From: an uncultured Muribaculaceae bacterium
GTDB taxonomy: Bacteria > Bacteroidota > Bacteroidia > Bacteroidales > Muribaculaceae
Direction of reading: 5' to 3'
Assembly: GCA_947177215.1 (NCBI GenBank)
Contig: CAMWTV010000001.1
Coordinates: 1 to 37,404, forward strand
Length of the DNA stretch: 37,404 nucleotides
Shown here: positions 18,679 through 28,645 of the stretch, piece after piece
Position numbering within the stretch: position 1 is the stretch's first letter
Layout of the letters: each line of letters opens with the position of its first letter
Position numbers and translations under genes: made by a program
The notes under the pieces: model-generated
What the model was told of the DNA's origin: nothing
Seen by the model: the letters and a program-made list of their open reading frames with translations, nothing else
Database searches by the model: none

Positions 18679-18721
18679 AGTTGTTTCTGTTTTTCAGGTA
18701 ACCAAAATAATTTTGATCAGT

Positions 18722-18814
18722 TAAGTAAGTGTTCAAATTTAATTTATACAATATGCGAGCTTGTGTAACAGATTTTCGTCCACTTGCTATCAATTAAATT
18801 TGAACACTTACTTA
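18722..18814. mobile_element. MITE-like inverted-repeat element, copy 2 (93 bp)
   Basis: Perfect 23-bp terminal inverted repeats TAAGTAAGTGTTCAAATTTAATT (18722-18744) and AATTAAATTTGAACACTTACTTA (18792-18814). Confidence 0.78.
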
Positions 18815-18822
18815 CTTAAACT

Positions 18823-21006
18823 TTAATCATAATCCTTCCAGCCCGGGTTCTGCACCAGATTCTGGTTCCGTTTCAGCTCTGTGAACGAGATAGGCCAGAA
18901 ATACATCTTCTCAGAGAACACCGTCGGCAGATTGTAGACAGGCACAATCTTCTGGAACTCATCTTTCTCCTTCTCGGTCATCAGCACATTGCAGCCATAA
19001 ACAGGCTTCGACTCCTCGATAGGAGCGTCCATCCAGCGGCGGAGGTCATAGTAACGCTTACCTTCGGCAAGGAACTCGATCATGCGCTCGCGTTTGATCT
19101 TGGCGCGGAGCTCGTCGGGATTGTTGTACTCGGCCAGAGTATAGTCAGGCACACCGGCACGGCAGCGCACAGGGCGGATGCCTCGCTTCATCTCCGTTAC
19201 GTCGCGGCTTACGTTATAGACCGTCTCGCCGTTCCACGACTTAATCTGATAGCTCTGGGTCAGCTCGTTGAGAGCCTCGGCATACATCAGCAGGATATCG
19301 GCGTAGCGGATGGCCGGCTCCCACTTGTGGTTGAAATTACCATAGTCGCTGCCGTCGCGCACTTCGCGATAGTCGGTCGGGTGCACATACTTTTTGCAGC
19401 CGATACCGGTGCGCAGATAATACGACGTGTTCAGATAACCGTTGTTCTGAGTCTCGGTGGTTCCCGACGAAGTTGTGCTCGAGGTGGTTCCGCGCCAGTA
19501 GTAGATCTGCGGATACTTGTCAGTAGCCTTGTTGCTGGCGTTCCACCAGCGTGAGCCGTTATAAGCCACCGAAGCATAGAACCTCGGCTCGCGGTCGGCA
19601 TACTGCATCGACACACCCTGGTCAAGCGGAGGATACTTGGTGTAGGGATACTCGCCGCGGGCGTTCGTTGTCCACCCCTTGGGGCGGGCCGAGCCGTCGC
19701 CGCCGTTCTGCTCGTCATCCTTGCCCGGGCAGTCCGAGCCGTCCTTCATATAGTAGGCGTCCACCATCTTCTGGGTCAGACCGTGGCAGTTGAAGCCGAA
19801 CAGCGAGTTAGGCATCTGGTGCGACACGAAACCGTCGATGTTCGAGTGCCAGTTGTCAAAGGTCGAGGCGTTATAGCCGCGCGAGAAGATGATCTCCGAG
19901 TTGCCCAGAGGCACAACGCCGTTGAACAGGTCGCGATACGACAGATAAGGGTCGATATCGGCATAACCTTCCGGCCACGCCTTGGTCGAGAAATCGCCGT
20001 CGTCAAACGGAGTGATGGTTTTCGGATAACCGCCCGGTTTGTTGTCAACAGTAACCACACCGGCATGATAAAGCTCATATCCCGCGGGGCACTCGATCAC
20101 GTCGCGGCAGGCAGCGGCCGCGCGGGCCCATTTCGACTCATCATAGCTCAGGCCCAGCAGCGGAGTGCCGTCCTTGTTCACAAGCGTTTTGGCAAAAGCG
20201 TCGCTCACGCCTCCGGGGTGCGAGCCATTGGCAAGCTGACCGTTGGCAAGAGGGCTGGCAGCATAGATATAGGCCAGGGCGCGGGTGGCGAGAGCCGCTC
20301 CGCGGGTCGGGCGGATAATATTCTCCTCGGTGGTGTTGTCCTGGTGGCGGCTCCATGTCTGAAGCTCGCGGCACGCCTGCTCCATCTCCTTGGCGATAAA
20401 CACAGCCACATCCTCATAAGAGCTACGCGGATACGACAGCTCCTGATAATCCTTCGTGTAGTCGGCACCCTCGTCGGGCATGATGGGCACAGGGCCGTAT
20501 TTTCTCAGAAGCATCCAGTAGTAGTAGGCGCGCACGAAACGGGCCTGACCCTTCATGTCCTGGCGCTCGGCCTCGGTCAGCTTGTCGTTGCGCCAGATAT
20601 TGTGGATAAACACCGATGCCTGGAAAATACCCTTGTAGGCGTTAGTCCATGCTTCCGAACCATAATTCTCGTCATAGTCACCCTGCTTGAAGGCGTTATA
20701 CGATCCCATGTACACATAGCCGTCGCCACGGTTCGGGTCACGGTCGCCGTAATAATAGTCGTCGGCAAACACATGCCATCCCACACCGTTCTGCTCTTTG
20801 GTAACCACGTCGGCAAGAGCGCCGCGCAGATACGAGAACGACTGCGAAAGCCATCCGTTGGTCTGGTTGATATCGGTGAACACCGATTCCAGTGTCACAC
20901 GGTCATCGAAATATTTGTCGGCATCGAGCGCGTCCTCACACGACGACAGCATCGCCGAGACACCACCCGCAAGGGCCAACATTGAGATTGCTATATATTT
21001 TTTCAT
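18823..21006 (-). CDS. susD: RagB/SusD family glycan-binding lipoprotein
   Basis: Lipobox LSSC; GQARFVRAYYY...YGPVP; REPRFYASV; IRYADILLMYAEA; ERMIEFLAEGKRYYDLRRW; QNPGW. Confidence 0.95.
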   Translation of the reverse strand: MKKYIAISMLALAGGVSAMLSSCEDALDADKYFDDRVTLESVFTDINQTNGWLSQSFSYLRGALADVVTKEQNGVGWHVFADDYYYGDRDPNRGDGYVYMGSYNAFKQGDYDENYGSEAWTNAYKGIFQASVFIHNIWRNDKLTEAERQDMKGQARFVRAYYYWMLLRKYGPVPIMPDEGADYTKDYQELSYPRSSYEDVAVFIAKEMEQACRELQTWSRHQDNTTEENIIRPTRGAALATRALAYIYAASPLANGQLANGSHPGGVSDAFAKTLVNKDGTPLLGLSYDESKWARAAAACRDVIECPAGYELYHAGVVTVDNKPGGYPKTITPFDDGDFSTKAWPEGYADIDPYLSYRDLFNGVVPLGNSEIIFSRGYNASTFDNWHSNIDGFVSHQMPNSLFGFNCHGLTQKMVDAYYMKDGSDCPGKDDEQNGGDGSARPKGWTTNARGEYPYTKYPPLDQGVSMQYADREPRFYASVAYNGSRWWNASNKATDKYPQIYYWRGTTSSTTSSGTTETQNNGYLNTSYYLRTGIGCKKYVHPTDYREVRDGSDYGNFNHKWEPAIRYADILLMYAEALNELTQSYQIKSWNGETVYNVSRDVTEMKRGIRPVRCRAGVPDYTLAEYNNPDELRAKIKRERMIEFLAEGKRYYDLRRWMDAPIEESKPVYGCNVLMTEKEKDEFQKIVPVYNLPTVFSEKMYFWPISFTELKRNQNLVQNPGWKDYD

Positions 21007-21042
21007 GATAATATTCTAATCGTTTCGGTACAACAGTCATGT

Positions 21043-24000
21043 TTATAGATTGATCTGCACGCCCAGAGTAACAGAGCGGGTAAGAGGATATTTCTCGCCG
21101 TTCTCGCTTCCCATTTCCGGATCCCAAAGCTTGAAGCTCGAGAATGTCAGAAGGTTGGCGCCCTGCAGGAAGAAACGTACATTCTCGAAGTGGATGCGGC
21201 TCAGAAGATCCTTAGGCAGGCTGTAGCCGAACTCGAGGTTCTTAAGGCGCACATAGCTCATGTCGCGCATCCAGTACGACGACGCACGATAGTTGTTGTG
21301 TCCGGCATTACCCTGCAGATATACCAAACGGGGATAAGACGCGTTCGGATTCTCGTTGGCGGGAATACCAAGCTGGGCGGCTGTCTCGCTGTCAACCCAG
21401 CGGTCGTCAACCAGGTCGGCCAGAATCTGACCGTAACGGTCCTGGCTGAATGCCCACACGGTCTTGCCGTTGATCAGCACACTCGATTTGCCCGCGCCCT
21501 GGAAGTGCACGTTGAAGTCGAAACCTTTCCACATCACCGACGCACCGACACCATAGGTCAGGTTCGGGCGGCTGGTGGCGCCGATGGCAACAACGTCGTT
21601 GTCGTCAACAATACCGTCACCGTTCACATCCTTATACTTGATGTCGCCCGGCTGCACATCGCCGAACATCTGTTTGGGCGAGTTGCGGATATCGTCATAG
21701 TCGGCAAACAGTCCCTCGGCAACAAGACCGCGAACCTGGTCAACGCGATAGCCTGTCTGATACTGGTAAGGATAAACATTGTTCTCCACGTCATAGTCAA
21801 GAATAGTGTTCTTGCTGTATGTCATGTTACCGCGCACAGTCAGCGTAACATCGCCGAAACGGTTCTCATAACGGAAATGGCCGTCAACACCTTCCGATTT
21901 CACAGCGCCCACGTTGGCCCACGGCGACTGCTCCAGACCCATGGTTCCGGGAAGGAACTCACGCTTCATGTAAATACCAGTACGCTTTTCGTGGAAATAG
22001 TCGACCGTCATCGAGAACGTGTTGTGGAACAGACCGATGTCAAGACCGACGTCCTGCTTCGTGGCCACCTCCCATGTCACATTGTTCGATGCCAGGGCCG
22101 AATAGTGCAGACCCTGCTGATAGGCCGGACGTGTCGGACTGTTGAGCGTTCCGAAGTTCCATACATTCTTGGGGTCGCCCTCACTGTCGCGCACATAGTC
22201 GATCGAATACAGATAAGGGAAACGGATCAGGTTGTTTCCTTCGTAGATCTTGTCGTTACCCACCTTACCGTAAGAATAGCGTATCTTAAGCTGGTCGATC
22301 CAGTTCACATCCTTCAGGAACGCCTCGCGCTTGAGGTTCCAGCCGGCCGATGCGGCGGGGAAGAAACCGAAACGGTGGCCGTCGGCAAAGTTCTCCGATC
22401 CGTTGTAACCGAAGTTGAAGTCAACGAAATAGCGGTAGTCCCAGTTGTAGAGCACCTGGCCTGCCAGAGCCATATTCTTGCGGGCCACACCGTTCTTGAT
22501 GTCAGAGCCGATGTTCTGGGTCTTGAGGTCATTGTCGTAGGTGTACTTAAGGTTGGCTCCCACATGGTGCTTGCCGAACTCGCGGTTGTAGCTCAGAAGC
22601 AGGTCGATGAAGATGCGGCGCGATCCCTCGTTGCCCGAGCTCTGCACCATATCCTGGCGGTCTTTGATCTTGTCGAAGATAATCTCGCCTGTCTCCTTGT
22701 CGCGGCCGTTGGCATACCAGCGGTCAGGCTGCTGAAGGTGGTTGATCCAGTTGTAGTTGTATGTGTCATAACCCAGACGGCCGGTGAATTTCAGACCCGG
22801 AGTCACAAATTTCAGATCCTGCTCGAGCGAGAGGTTGTTCTGAAGGTTGTTGTTCCACTCCTGTTTGTAACCGGTCTGCGTGGTCATTACCCACGGGTTG
22901 GTGCGAAGGTCGTCGCGGTTCATGTTCACCATCGGCACATATCCGTTGCTATACATGATCGGGGTCAGGATAGCGTTGTAGCCGAAAAGCGAGTTCCAGG
23001 TGTCGGTGTCGCCCATACCCGGAGAGTTACGCATCGAAAGGTCGCCCGATGTGCCGATACGCAGCAGCGTGGTCGAGCTGAGGTCGATATCGAGGTTCAG
23101 ACGGTAGTTCCAGCGGCTGTAGTTGGCGTTGGTGTTATACTTCTCGCGCAGGTTGCTGTCGGTCTTATACATACCCTCGTCGTTTACATACGACATCGAG
23201 GCATAATATCTGGCCGTGTTGCCGCCGCCGCTTATGTTCACGTTGGCGCGATAGCTCATGGCGCCATCTTTCAGAATCAGATCCTTCCAGTCAACGTTCG
23301 GATACAGGTCGGGGTCGAGACCGTTGCGGAAAAGCTCAAGCTCCGTCGGGGTGAAATACACACCGTTGCTGCGGGTCACGCTGGCCTCGTTCAGAAGCGA
23401 CGCGTAAGTCAGACCGTCAACAAAGTCGGGCGTGTTGGTACGGGCGTTATACGATGTCTCGAACTTGGCCGAAACATTCACCTTGCCCGCCTTACCATGT
23501 TTGGTCGTGATAAGCACAACACCGTTCGCACCCTTCGATCCGTAGATCGCGGTGGCCGATGCGTCCTTCAGCACCGTAAACGTCTCGATATCCTCGATGT
23601 TAAGGTCGTCGATGCTCTCGCGCTCGAAACCGTCAACAAGGATATAGGCGCCGGTACCGGCACCGAAAGTTGAGATACCGCGGATCCAGAACTCCGACTT
23701 GTTCTTACCCGGCTGACCCGAAGTCTGGCGCGCCATGATGCCCGGCACATTACCCGCAAGGGCGTTCGACAGATTCGACGTGCTGAAATGCTTCATGTCG
23801 TCTACATCCACGTTCGTCACGGCTCCGGTCACGGTTATCTTCTTGCGCGCTCCCATACCGGTTACAACAACCTCGTTCAGAGCGTTCGACTTCTCGGCAA
23901 GACGGATCAGCTGGTCACGCTCGTCAAGGCTTCTGACCGGAAGCTCCTGCGGCACCATGCCGATATAATTCACCACAAGAGTCTTACCCTTTTCAGGTAT

Positions 24001-24186
24001 ATCTATGCGATAGTTACCGTCGATGTCGGTAGCCACGACAACCGATGTGCCCTTTACTGAAACGGTAGCTCCGATCAGCGGCTCACCGTCGGCTTCGTTC
24101 AATACCGTACCGGTGTATATCTTCGCCATCGCCAGTCCCGAGGTCAGGGTCGCGGCTGTCAACAGCGTCACTATTCGTTCTTTCAT
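21043..24186 (-). CDS. susC: SusC/RagA TonB-dependent transporter
   Basis: N-terminal CarboxypepD_reg-like domain (GEPLIGATV, TDIDGNY); LKDASATAIYGSKGANGVVLITTK plug; WDPE...YPLTRSVTLGVQINL end. Confidence 0.97.
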   Translation of the reverse strand: MKERIVTLLTAATLTSGLAMAKIYTGTVLNEADGEPLIGATVSVKGTSVVVATDIDGNYRIDIPEKGKTLVVNYIGMVPQELPVRSLDERDQLIRLAEKSNALNEVVVTGMGARKKITVTGAVTNVDVDDMKHFSTSNLSNALAGNVPGIMARQTSGQPGKNKSEFWIRGISTFGAGTGAYILVDGFERESIDDLNIEDIETFTVLKDASATAIYGSKGANGVVLITTKHGKAGKVNVSAKFETSYNARTNTPDFVDGLTYASLLNEASVTRSNGVYFTPTELELFRNGLDPDLYPNVDWKDLILKDGAMSYRANVNISGGGNTARYYASMSYVNDEGMYKTDSNLREKYNTNANYSRWNYRLNLDIDLSSTTLLRIGTSGDLSMRNSPGMGDTDTWNSLFGYNAILTPIMYSNGYVPMVNMNRDDLRTNPWVMTTQTGYKQEWNNNLQNNLSLEQDLKFVTPGLKFTGRLGYDTYNYNWINHLQQPDRWYANGRDKETGEIIFDKIKDRQDMVQSSGNEGSRRIFIDLLLSYNREFGKHHVGANLKYTYDNDLKTQNIGSDIKNGVARKNMALAGQVLYNWDYRYFVDFNFGYNGSENFADGHRFGFFPAASAGWNLKREAFLKDVNWIDQLKIRYSYGKVGNDKIYEGNNLIRFPYLYSIDYVRDSEGDPKNVWNFGTLNSPTRPAYQQGLHYSALASNNVTWEVATKQDVGLDIGLFHNTFSMTVDYFHEKRTGIYMKREFLPGTMGLEQSPWANVGAVKSEGVDGHFRYENRFGDVTLTVRGNMTYSKNTILDYDVENNVYPYQYQTGYRVDQVRGLVAEGLFADYDDIRNSPKQMFGDVQPGDIKYKDVNGDGIVDDNDVVAIGATSRPNLTYGVGASVMWKGFDFNVHFQGAGKSSVLINGKTVWAFSQDRYGQILADLVDDRWVDSETAAQLGIPANENPNASYPRLVYLQGNAGHNNYRASSYWMRDMSYVRLKNLEFGYSLPKDLLSRIHFENVRFFLQGANLLTFSSFKLWDPEMGSENGEKYPLTRSVTLGVQINL

Positions 24187-24242
24187 TTTATTGTAACGTT
24201 ATTAGATTCAAGCTGATTACATATATACTCTCACTTCCCTTC

Positions 24243-25859
24243 TTATTCCTCGCCACCTTCGGCGCCACCTTCAGTGCCTTCACCGCCCTCGGTCTCGTCG
24301 TCATCGGCCGGAGGTGTCATGACTATGTCGGTGCTCTCCATACCGATGGTGCGCACGCGGCGGTTGTTGTGGTCAAGAACATAGAAACGGTCACGCTCCT
24401 CGTCATAGGCAAGGCCTGAAACGTCGCGGAAACGGGCCTGCAGACGCAGGTCGCCATCCTCGGTGCCCCAGATGTTACCGTTGGTCGAGGGTGCTCGCCC
24501 TGCATAGGTGCGCACCAGACCGTCGGGAGTGATGTAACGCACGCAGAAGTTCAGATAATCGCAGAAATAGTAGTCGTAGACATCCGGACGTCCCTCCTCC
24601 ACATACTGCGGATTCTTCACGAACACACCCTGATAGGGCTTGTGCAGGCGGGCGTTAGATCCCACGGCGTCAACCCAGTCCGGAGCGCCGTTCGCGCCTG
24701 CCACTACATAGGGAGTGGTGAACTCTTTCTTTTTGTGGTCATAGTCGGTGCGCAGAATATAGTCGCGGTTGATAACCGTCAGATAAGCGTAGTCGCCCGA
24801 GGGGTGGATGGTGATCTGGAACTCATACGAGGGGTCCTGGATCTTGAACAGCTCGCGGAACGCGCCGTCGGTGCGCAGACCTGACCATTCAGGCTTGTTG
24901 CCGTCCTCGTCAGGTTCGGCGTTGATCGTATTGAAATAATCGTTCGGATCGAGGCGGAAAAGCTCGCCGTTCGAGTAACTGTTGAAATAAATCTCACCGT
25001 TGATCGGGTGAACAGCCACACCGTTACACTGTTTGTAGCGCGAAAGCACCTGTGCCGACGAGGCATCGGAGAATGTGCCGTTCGAGTTGCGCTCAACAAT
25101 CCACACGCAGGCCGACTCGAAGTTGTTGTCGTCGCGGTCGGTCGACACAAGCATATACTTGCCGTCGAGTGTGAACGCTATGTTACGCAGACGCTTCGAG
25201 TTGAACTTCGATGCAGTCATCAGGCGCGTGCTGGTGCGGGCCTCGAGGTCAAGCTGCGCGATGAAGCCGTCGCCACGGTCATAGGCTATGTAAAGACGGT
25301 TCGGATAAAGGGGGTCAAACGTGAAGCAGCCGTCTGAGTTGAAGCCGGCGGCAACATCAAACGATCCCCAGACCTCACCCTGGCTGTCATTCTCATTCTG
25401 ATAGCCGCAGAGTGTGCCTACAACACGCTTCGGGATATAGCGGAAAAGCTTGCTCGCCTTGGCGCTCTTCACATTCCCCTCGCCGTCGCTCACCGAAATC
25501 TCGATCTCGCCGGTATATACGCCGGTCTCCTCGTTCTTGTCGGTGTAGGCGCCCGAGGGCACAAAAGCATAAAGCTTGTCACCCATCACATTCACTATAA
25601 CGGCCTGCTTGCCGCCTAAGGTCAGGGTAACATTCTTCTTGTCTGTTCCGAAATTCTGGCCGGTGACTATGATATCCTCCTGATAACCGGCGGTCTCCGG
25701 AGTGAAACCGGTAATAACAACGGGTTGCGACGGATCATACGGCTTTCCTGCAGTTTCCTTGTCGTCATCGCTGCAACTTACCGCAAATCCTGCAACCAGC
25801 GTCATACATGCTCCCAATAGAAGCCTCTCCACTGTGCGGGTAATTGTTCTAAATTTCAT
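24243..25859 (-). CDS. IPT/TIG + beta-propeller (NHL-like) surface lipoprotein
   Basis: Lipobox AVSC; YDPSQPVVITGFTP...GQNFG IPT/TIG domain; DGDLRLQARF...GLAYD...NRRVR NHL-like repeats; acidic tail. Confidence 0.85.
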   Translation of the reverse strand: MKFRTITRTVERLLLGACMTLVAGFAVSCSDDDKETAGKPYDPSQPVVITGFTPETAGYQEDIIVTGQNFGTDKKNVTLTLGGKQAVIVNVMGDKLYAFVPSGAYTDKNEETGVYTGEIEISVSDGEGNVKSAKASKLFRYIPKRVVGTLCGYQNENDSQGEVWGSFDVAAGFNSDGCFTFDPLYPNRLYIAYDRGDGFIAQLDLEARTSTRLMTASKFNSKRLRNIAFTLDGKYMLVSTDRDDNNFESACVWIVERNSNGTFSDASSAQVLSRYKQCNGVAVHPINGEIYFNSYSNGELFRLDPNDYFNTINAEPDEDGNKPEWSGLRTDGAFRELFKIQDPSYEFQITIHPSGDYAYLTVINRDYILRTDYDHKKKEFTTPYVVAGANGAPDWVDAVGSNARLHKPYQGVFVKNPQYVEEGRPDVYDYYFCDYLNFCVRYITPDGLVRTYAGRAPSTNGNIWGTEDGDLRLQARFRDVSGLAYDEERDRFYVLDHNNRRVRTIGMESTDIVMTPPADDDETEGGEGTEGGAEGGEE

Positions 25860-25916
25860 GGTAGTTAAAAGTGAGTTAATAATTTGTCCTTTTAATCCTC
25901 CGATTTTCTCCCTGCG

Positions 25917-25947
25917 CTCCCCGGCGGAATGAAAACCCGCCGGGGAG
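25917..25947 (-). terminator. GC-rich intra-operon hairpin upstream of IPT-susC-susD
   Basis: Perfect 11-bp arms CTCCCCGGCGG / CCGCCGGGGAG with a 9-nt loop; no U-tract directly after it on the minus strand, so it may stabilise a processed mRNA instead. Confidence 0.5.
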
Positions 25948-26006
25948 TAGCCTGAAGAATATCTGAAAACAATCCTTGCTTACCTTATTTTATACCTGTC
26001 GTTGTC

Positions 26007-28526
26007 TTATTTGGCCGAAAGTTTCTCTGCCAGAACCGGCATCCAGTGGCCGGCTATGACCGAACGGGCCATAAAGCCTGTCTTGCGGCCTGTAACCGTG
26101 TCATACCAGTCGCTGATGGGCACTCGGGTCTCCGTTTCGTTCACATAGTCATAAAGCGGATCGATGAACTTCATCAGCGTTTTCTGGTCGGGCGACATTG
26201 CCGCTGTCCACATAACCCAGTCGCTCTTGGTGTAATCCTTGCGCGAGTCAAGAGGCAGGCCATACTTGTTCTGTTTCTTCAGATAGTAGTTCACCTCGGT
26301 CAGCATGGCGTTGTTGGGGAAGATTCCGGTGTTCCAAAGCTTGTCCCACACCATATTGTATTTCTGGCTCCAGGTGTTTTCGCGGTCGAAGGCGAGGCGG
26401 TAGTGAAGGTCGCCCTTCTTCCCTTCGCGGGCATCGGCCTCCCATTTGGCGGCCATCTCCTTGGCGCGGTCGTTATATTTCTTGGCGGTAGCCATGTCAC
26501 CCTTCATCGCTGCCATCTCGGCGAATCCGGCGATACCCATGATCGCCTTGATCGAAAGGTTGGCGTTGTGTGCCCAGTGGCCGGCGAAGTCGTCGGTGCA
26601 GAGCTGGTTCTCCGGATCCTGGCCGTTCTCGCTCAGATAGTCTGTCCATGTCTGGAGAATATCCCAGTAAGGTTCGGCATAGCTGGTGTTGCCGTCGAGC
26701 TTGCAGCACATGGCGATCAGTGTCAGCATGTTGCCGGCCTCCTCAAGAGGCATGTCACCTCCATAAACCTGGCCGTTGGCAATAGGATAGGTGCCGAGGT
26801 CGTGGGCGGCGAAAGGCTTCGTCCAGCGGCCCGAGCGGCTGTAGTCCAGAATCGAGGTCATCATGGCCTTCTGAAGCTCCGGATTGTAGCACAGGAACAG
26901 AGGCGCCTCCGGATAGGTCAGGTCAACGGTGTTCACACAACCGTTAGAGTCGTTCTCCTTCGAGAAGAAAAGCAGTGTCCCCTCGTCATCCTTGAACAGC
27001 TTGTGGGCGGCGATCACATGACGGTAAGAACCCGAAAGCAGCTCGGCATACTTCTTGCCGCCAACGGCCATTGCGTCGTCATAGATCATCTTGTCGAGAG
27101 CGCGGCAGCGGTTCATTACCGAGGCATAAGAGCTGTTCATGGTGTTGAACATGTCGAAGATGCTCACTTCGCCGTTGTGTGCCCAGTAGCCTTTGTAGCG
27201 CTTGAAGAAATATTCGATATCGTAGATCTCGTCATAGCCCAGCATTGTGTAGCTCGAAGCGTCTTTGGTCTTGCCGAAATCGTGCACATAAGCCAGAAGC
27301 GGACGCTCCGAACCCTTGGTGGCAACAATCTCGGGGGCGCTTTCAGGAAGCTTGCCGGTTTTCAGGAAGCTGCTCTTGATATCCTGATCGGGGCCGAGAC
27401 ACACTTCGCCGTTGATGGCCGGCATGTAGAGATAACCCCAGTCTATGCAGATATGGTCACCCTTCTTGGCCAGAATAGGCTGCTCGACGGTACCGGTCTT
27501 GAGATATTTCACACCGTTGTGCTCAACTGTGGTCGAGCGCGTGGGCTGGGCGGCCTTGTTAACCGAAATCAGCGGAGAGGCGGTCAGCATCAGCTGCACG
27601 TCATGCTCCTTGCCGTCGGTTGAGCGAACCTGATATGATATATAGTTGATCGGCGACGAAAGCAGGTCGTAGTTGTCGATCAGCATCGGGGCGGTGAACA
27701 CCAGGTCAAGTTCAACCGGGCCGCACTCGAAGGTGTAATAGGTCGATGTGGCCATGACATCCACACTCTTCTGTGTGGCGATGGTTGTGTTGCCGTCCTC
27801 GGCGCCAACATTGCGGTAAATGCCGAAGTCGGTATAAGCGCCGCCGGTGGTGTTGTGGCAGTGGGCGGCGATCACATTCTTGCCCGGACGAAGCAGCTGT
27901 TTCAGCTCGCCCGAAAGCTCTTGTTTCACGCCGTCGCGCCAGGTCTCGCCGGTCTTGGCAACAAGCGCGCCGTTGATATAGATCTCGAAAACATCGTCGT
28001 GCGAATACACCAGAAACAGGTCACCCTCCAGGTCGGCGGGAGTCAGTTCTACTGCGCGGCGCACATAAAGGTCGCTGTGCTCTTTCTCCCAGCGGGTGCG
28101 CACAAAGCTCAGGTTGGGCGAACCGAACGCGCCCTCGGCCTTGCGCCATTTCGAATCGTCGAAACCGGGTTTCTCCCAGCCGTTGCCCGGATTCTCGCGG
28201 GTCATCATACCCGTCCACGCTATCTCGTCGGCCATCGGAACTATCGTCTCGAATATGGTGTTCTTCACACCCATGAAACGATACGATTTGCCGTCAACAC
28301 GGAGCAGACCCTCCAGAGGCTTCTCGTCGTTCGTCCAGTGGCGGGGCGATCCGTCGGTCAGATTGTCATATGGAGACCAGATCGAAAAATAGGGATCCGA
28401 AACAACCAGAGGAACCGACGGCAGACGCAGGTCGGTCGACTGGTAAGGCTGAAAAAGCTCGGCTGTCTGGGCGTTCATGGCAAACGCCGTGCAGCAGACC
28501 GCAGCATATTTTAGCAAGTTCTTCAT
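26007..28526 (-). CDS. 'Glutaminase A' (GtaA)-like DUF4964/DUF5127/DUF4965/DUF1793 protein (start ATG 28526)
   Basis: Signal peptide; LRLPSVPLVVSDPYFSIWS; FSKENDSNGCVNTVD; AHDLGTYP; MPLEEAGNML; QLCTDDFAG; SQKYNMVWDK; YTKSDW. Confidence 0.88.
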   Translation of the reverse strand: MKNLLKYAAVCCTAFAMNAQTAELFQPYQSTDLRLPSVPLVVSDPYFSIWSPYDNLTDGSPRHWTNDEKPLEGLLRVDGKSYRFMGVKNTIFETIVPMADEIAWTGMMTRENPGNGWEKPGFDDSKWRKAEGAFGSPNLSFVRTRWEKEHSDLYVRRAVELTPADLEGDLFLVYSHDDVFEIYINGALVAKTGETWRDGVKQELSGELKQLLRPGKNVIAAHCHNTTGGAYTDFGIYRNVGAEDGNTTIATQKSVDVMATSTYYTFECGPVELDLVFTAPMLIDNYDLLSSPINYISYQVRSTDGKEHDVQLMLTASPLISVNKAAQPTRSTTVEHNGVKYLKTGTVEQPILAKKGDHICIDWGYLYMPAINGEVCLGPDQDIKSSFLKTGKLPESAPEIVATKGSERPLLAYVHDFGKTKDASSYTMLGYDEIYDIEYFFKRYKGYWAHNGEVSIFDMFNTMNSSYASVMNRCRALDKMIYDDAMAVGGKKYAELLSGSYRHVIAAHKLFKDDEGTLLFFSKENDSNGCVNTVDLTYPEAPLFLCYNPELQKAMMTSILDYSRSGRWTKPFAAHDLGTYPIANGQVYGGDMPLEEAGNMLTLIAMCCKLDGNTSYAEPYWDILQTWTDYLSENGQDPENQLCTDDFAGHWAHNANLSIKAIMGIAGFAEMAAMKGDMATAKKYNDRAKEMAAKWEADAREGKKGDLHYRLAFDRENTWSQKYNMVWDKLWNTGIFPNNAMLTEVNYYLKKQNKYGLPLDSRKDYTKSDWVMWTAAMSPDQKTLMKFIDPLYDYVNETETRVPISDWYDTVTGRKTGFMARSVIAGHWMPVLAEKLSAK

Positions 28527-28645
28527 GTGATAATTGATATATTTTTTTGGTTTATTTCTAATGGCATTGTAAGGCTGTCGCATCGGCTTCCCCACCGAAT
28601 GCAGATGCAAAATAACCTAAAATCATGCCAAATTACTGAAAATTC

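Noticed and set aside
1263-18814. Repeated palindromic element as a CRISPR repeat or integron attC
   Set aside because: Only two isolated copies 17 kb apart, with no spacer array, no cas or integrase gene and no RYYYAAC/GTTRRRY ends.
21190-23673. Long antisense ORFs (827 aa here; also 5549-7204, 19783-20985, 26046-27623, 34561-36576 and others)
   Set aside because: They are shadow frames opposite well-supported genes, explained by codon bias in GC-rich DNA; no recognisable motifs.
24243-24305. Acidic EGG repeats at the IPT protein C-terminus (and the Thr/Ser run in SusD near 19450-19490)
   Set aside because: Short low-complexity linkers common in Bacteroidales lipoproteins.
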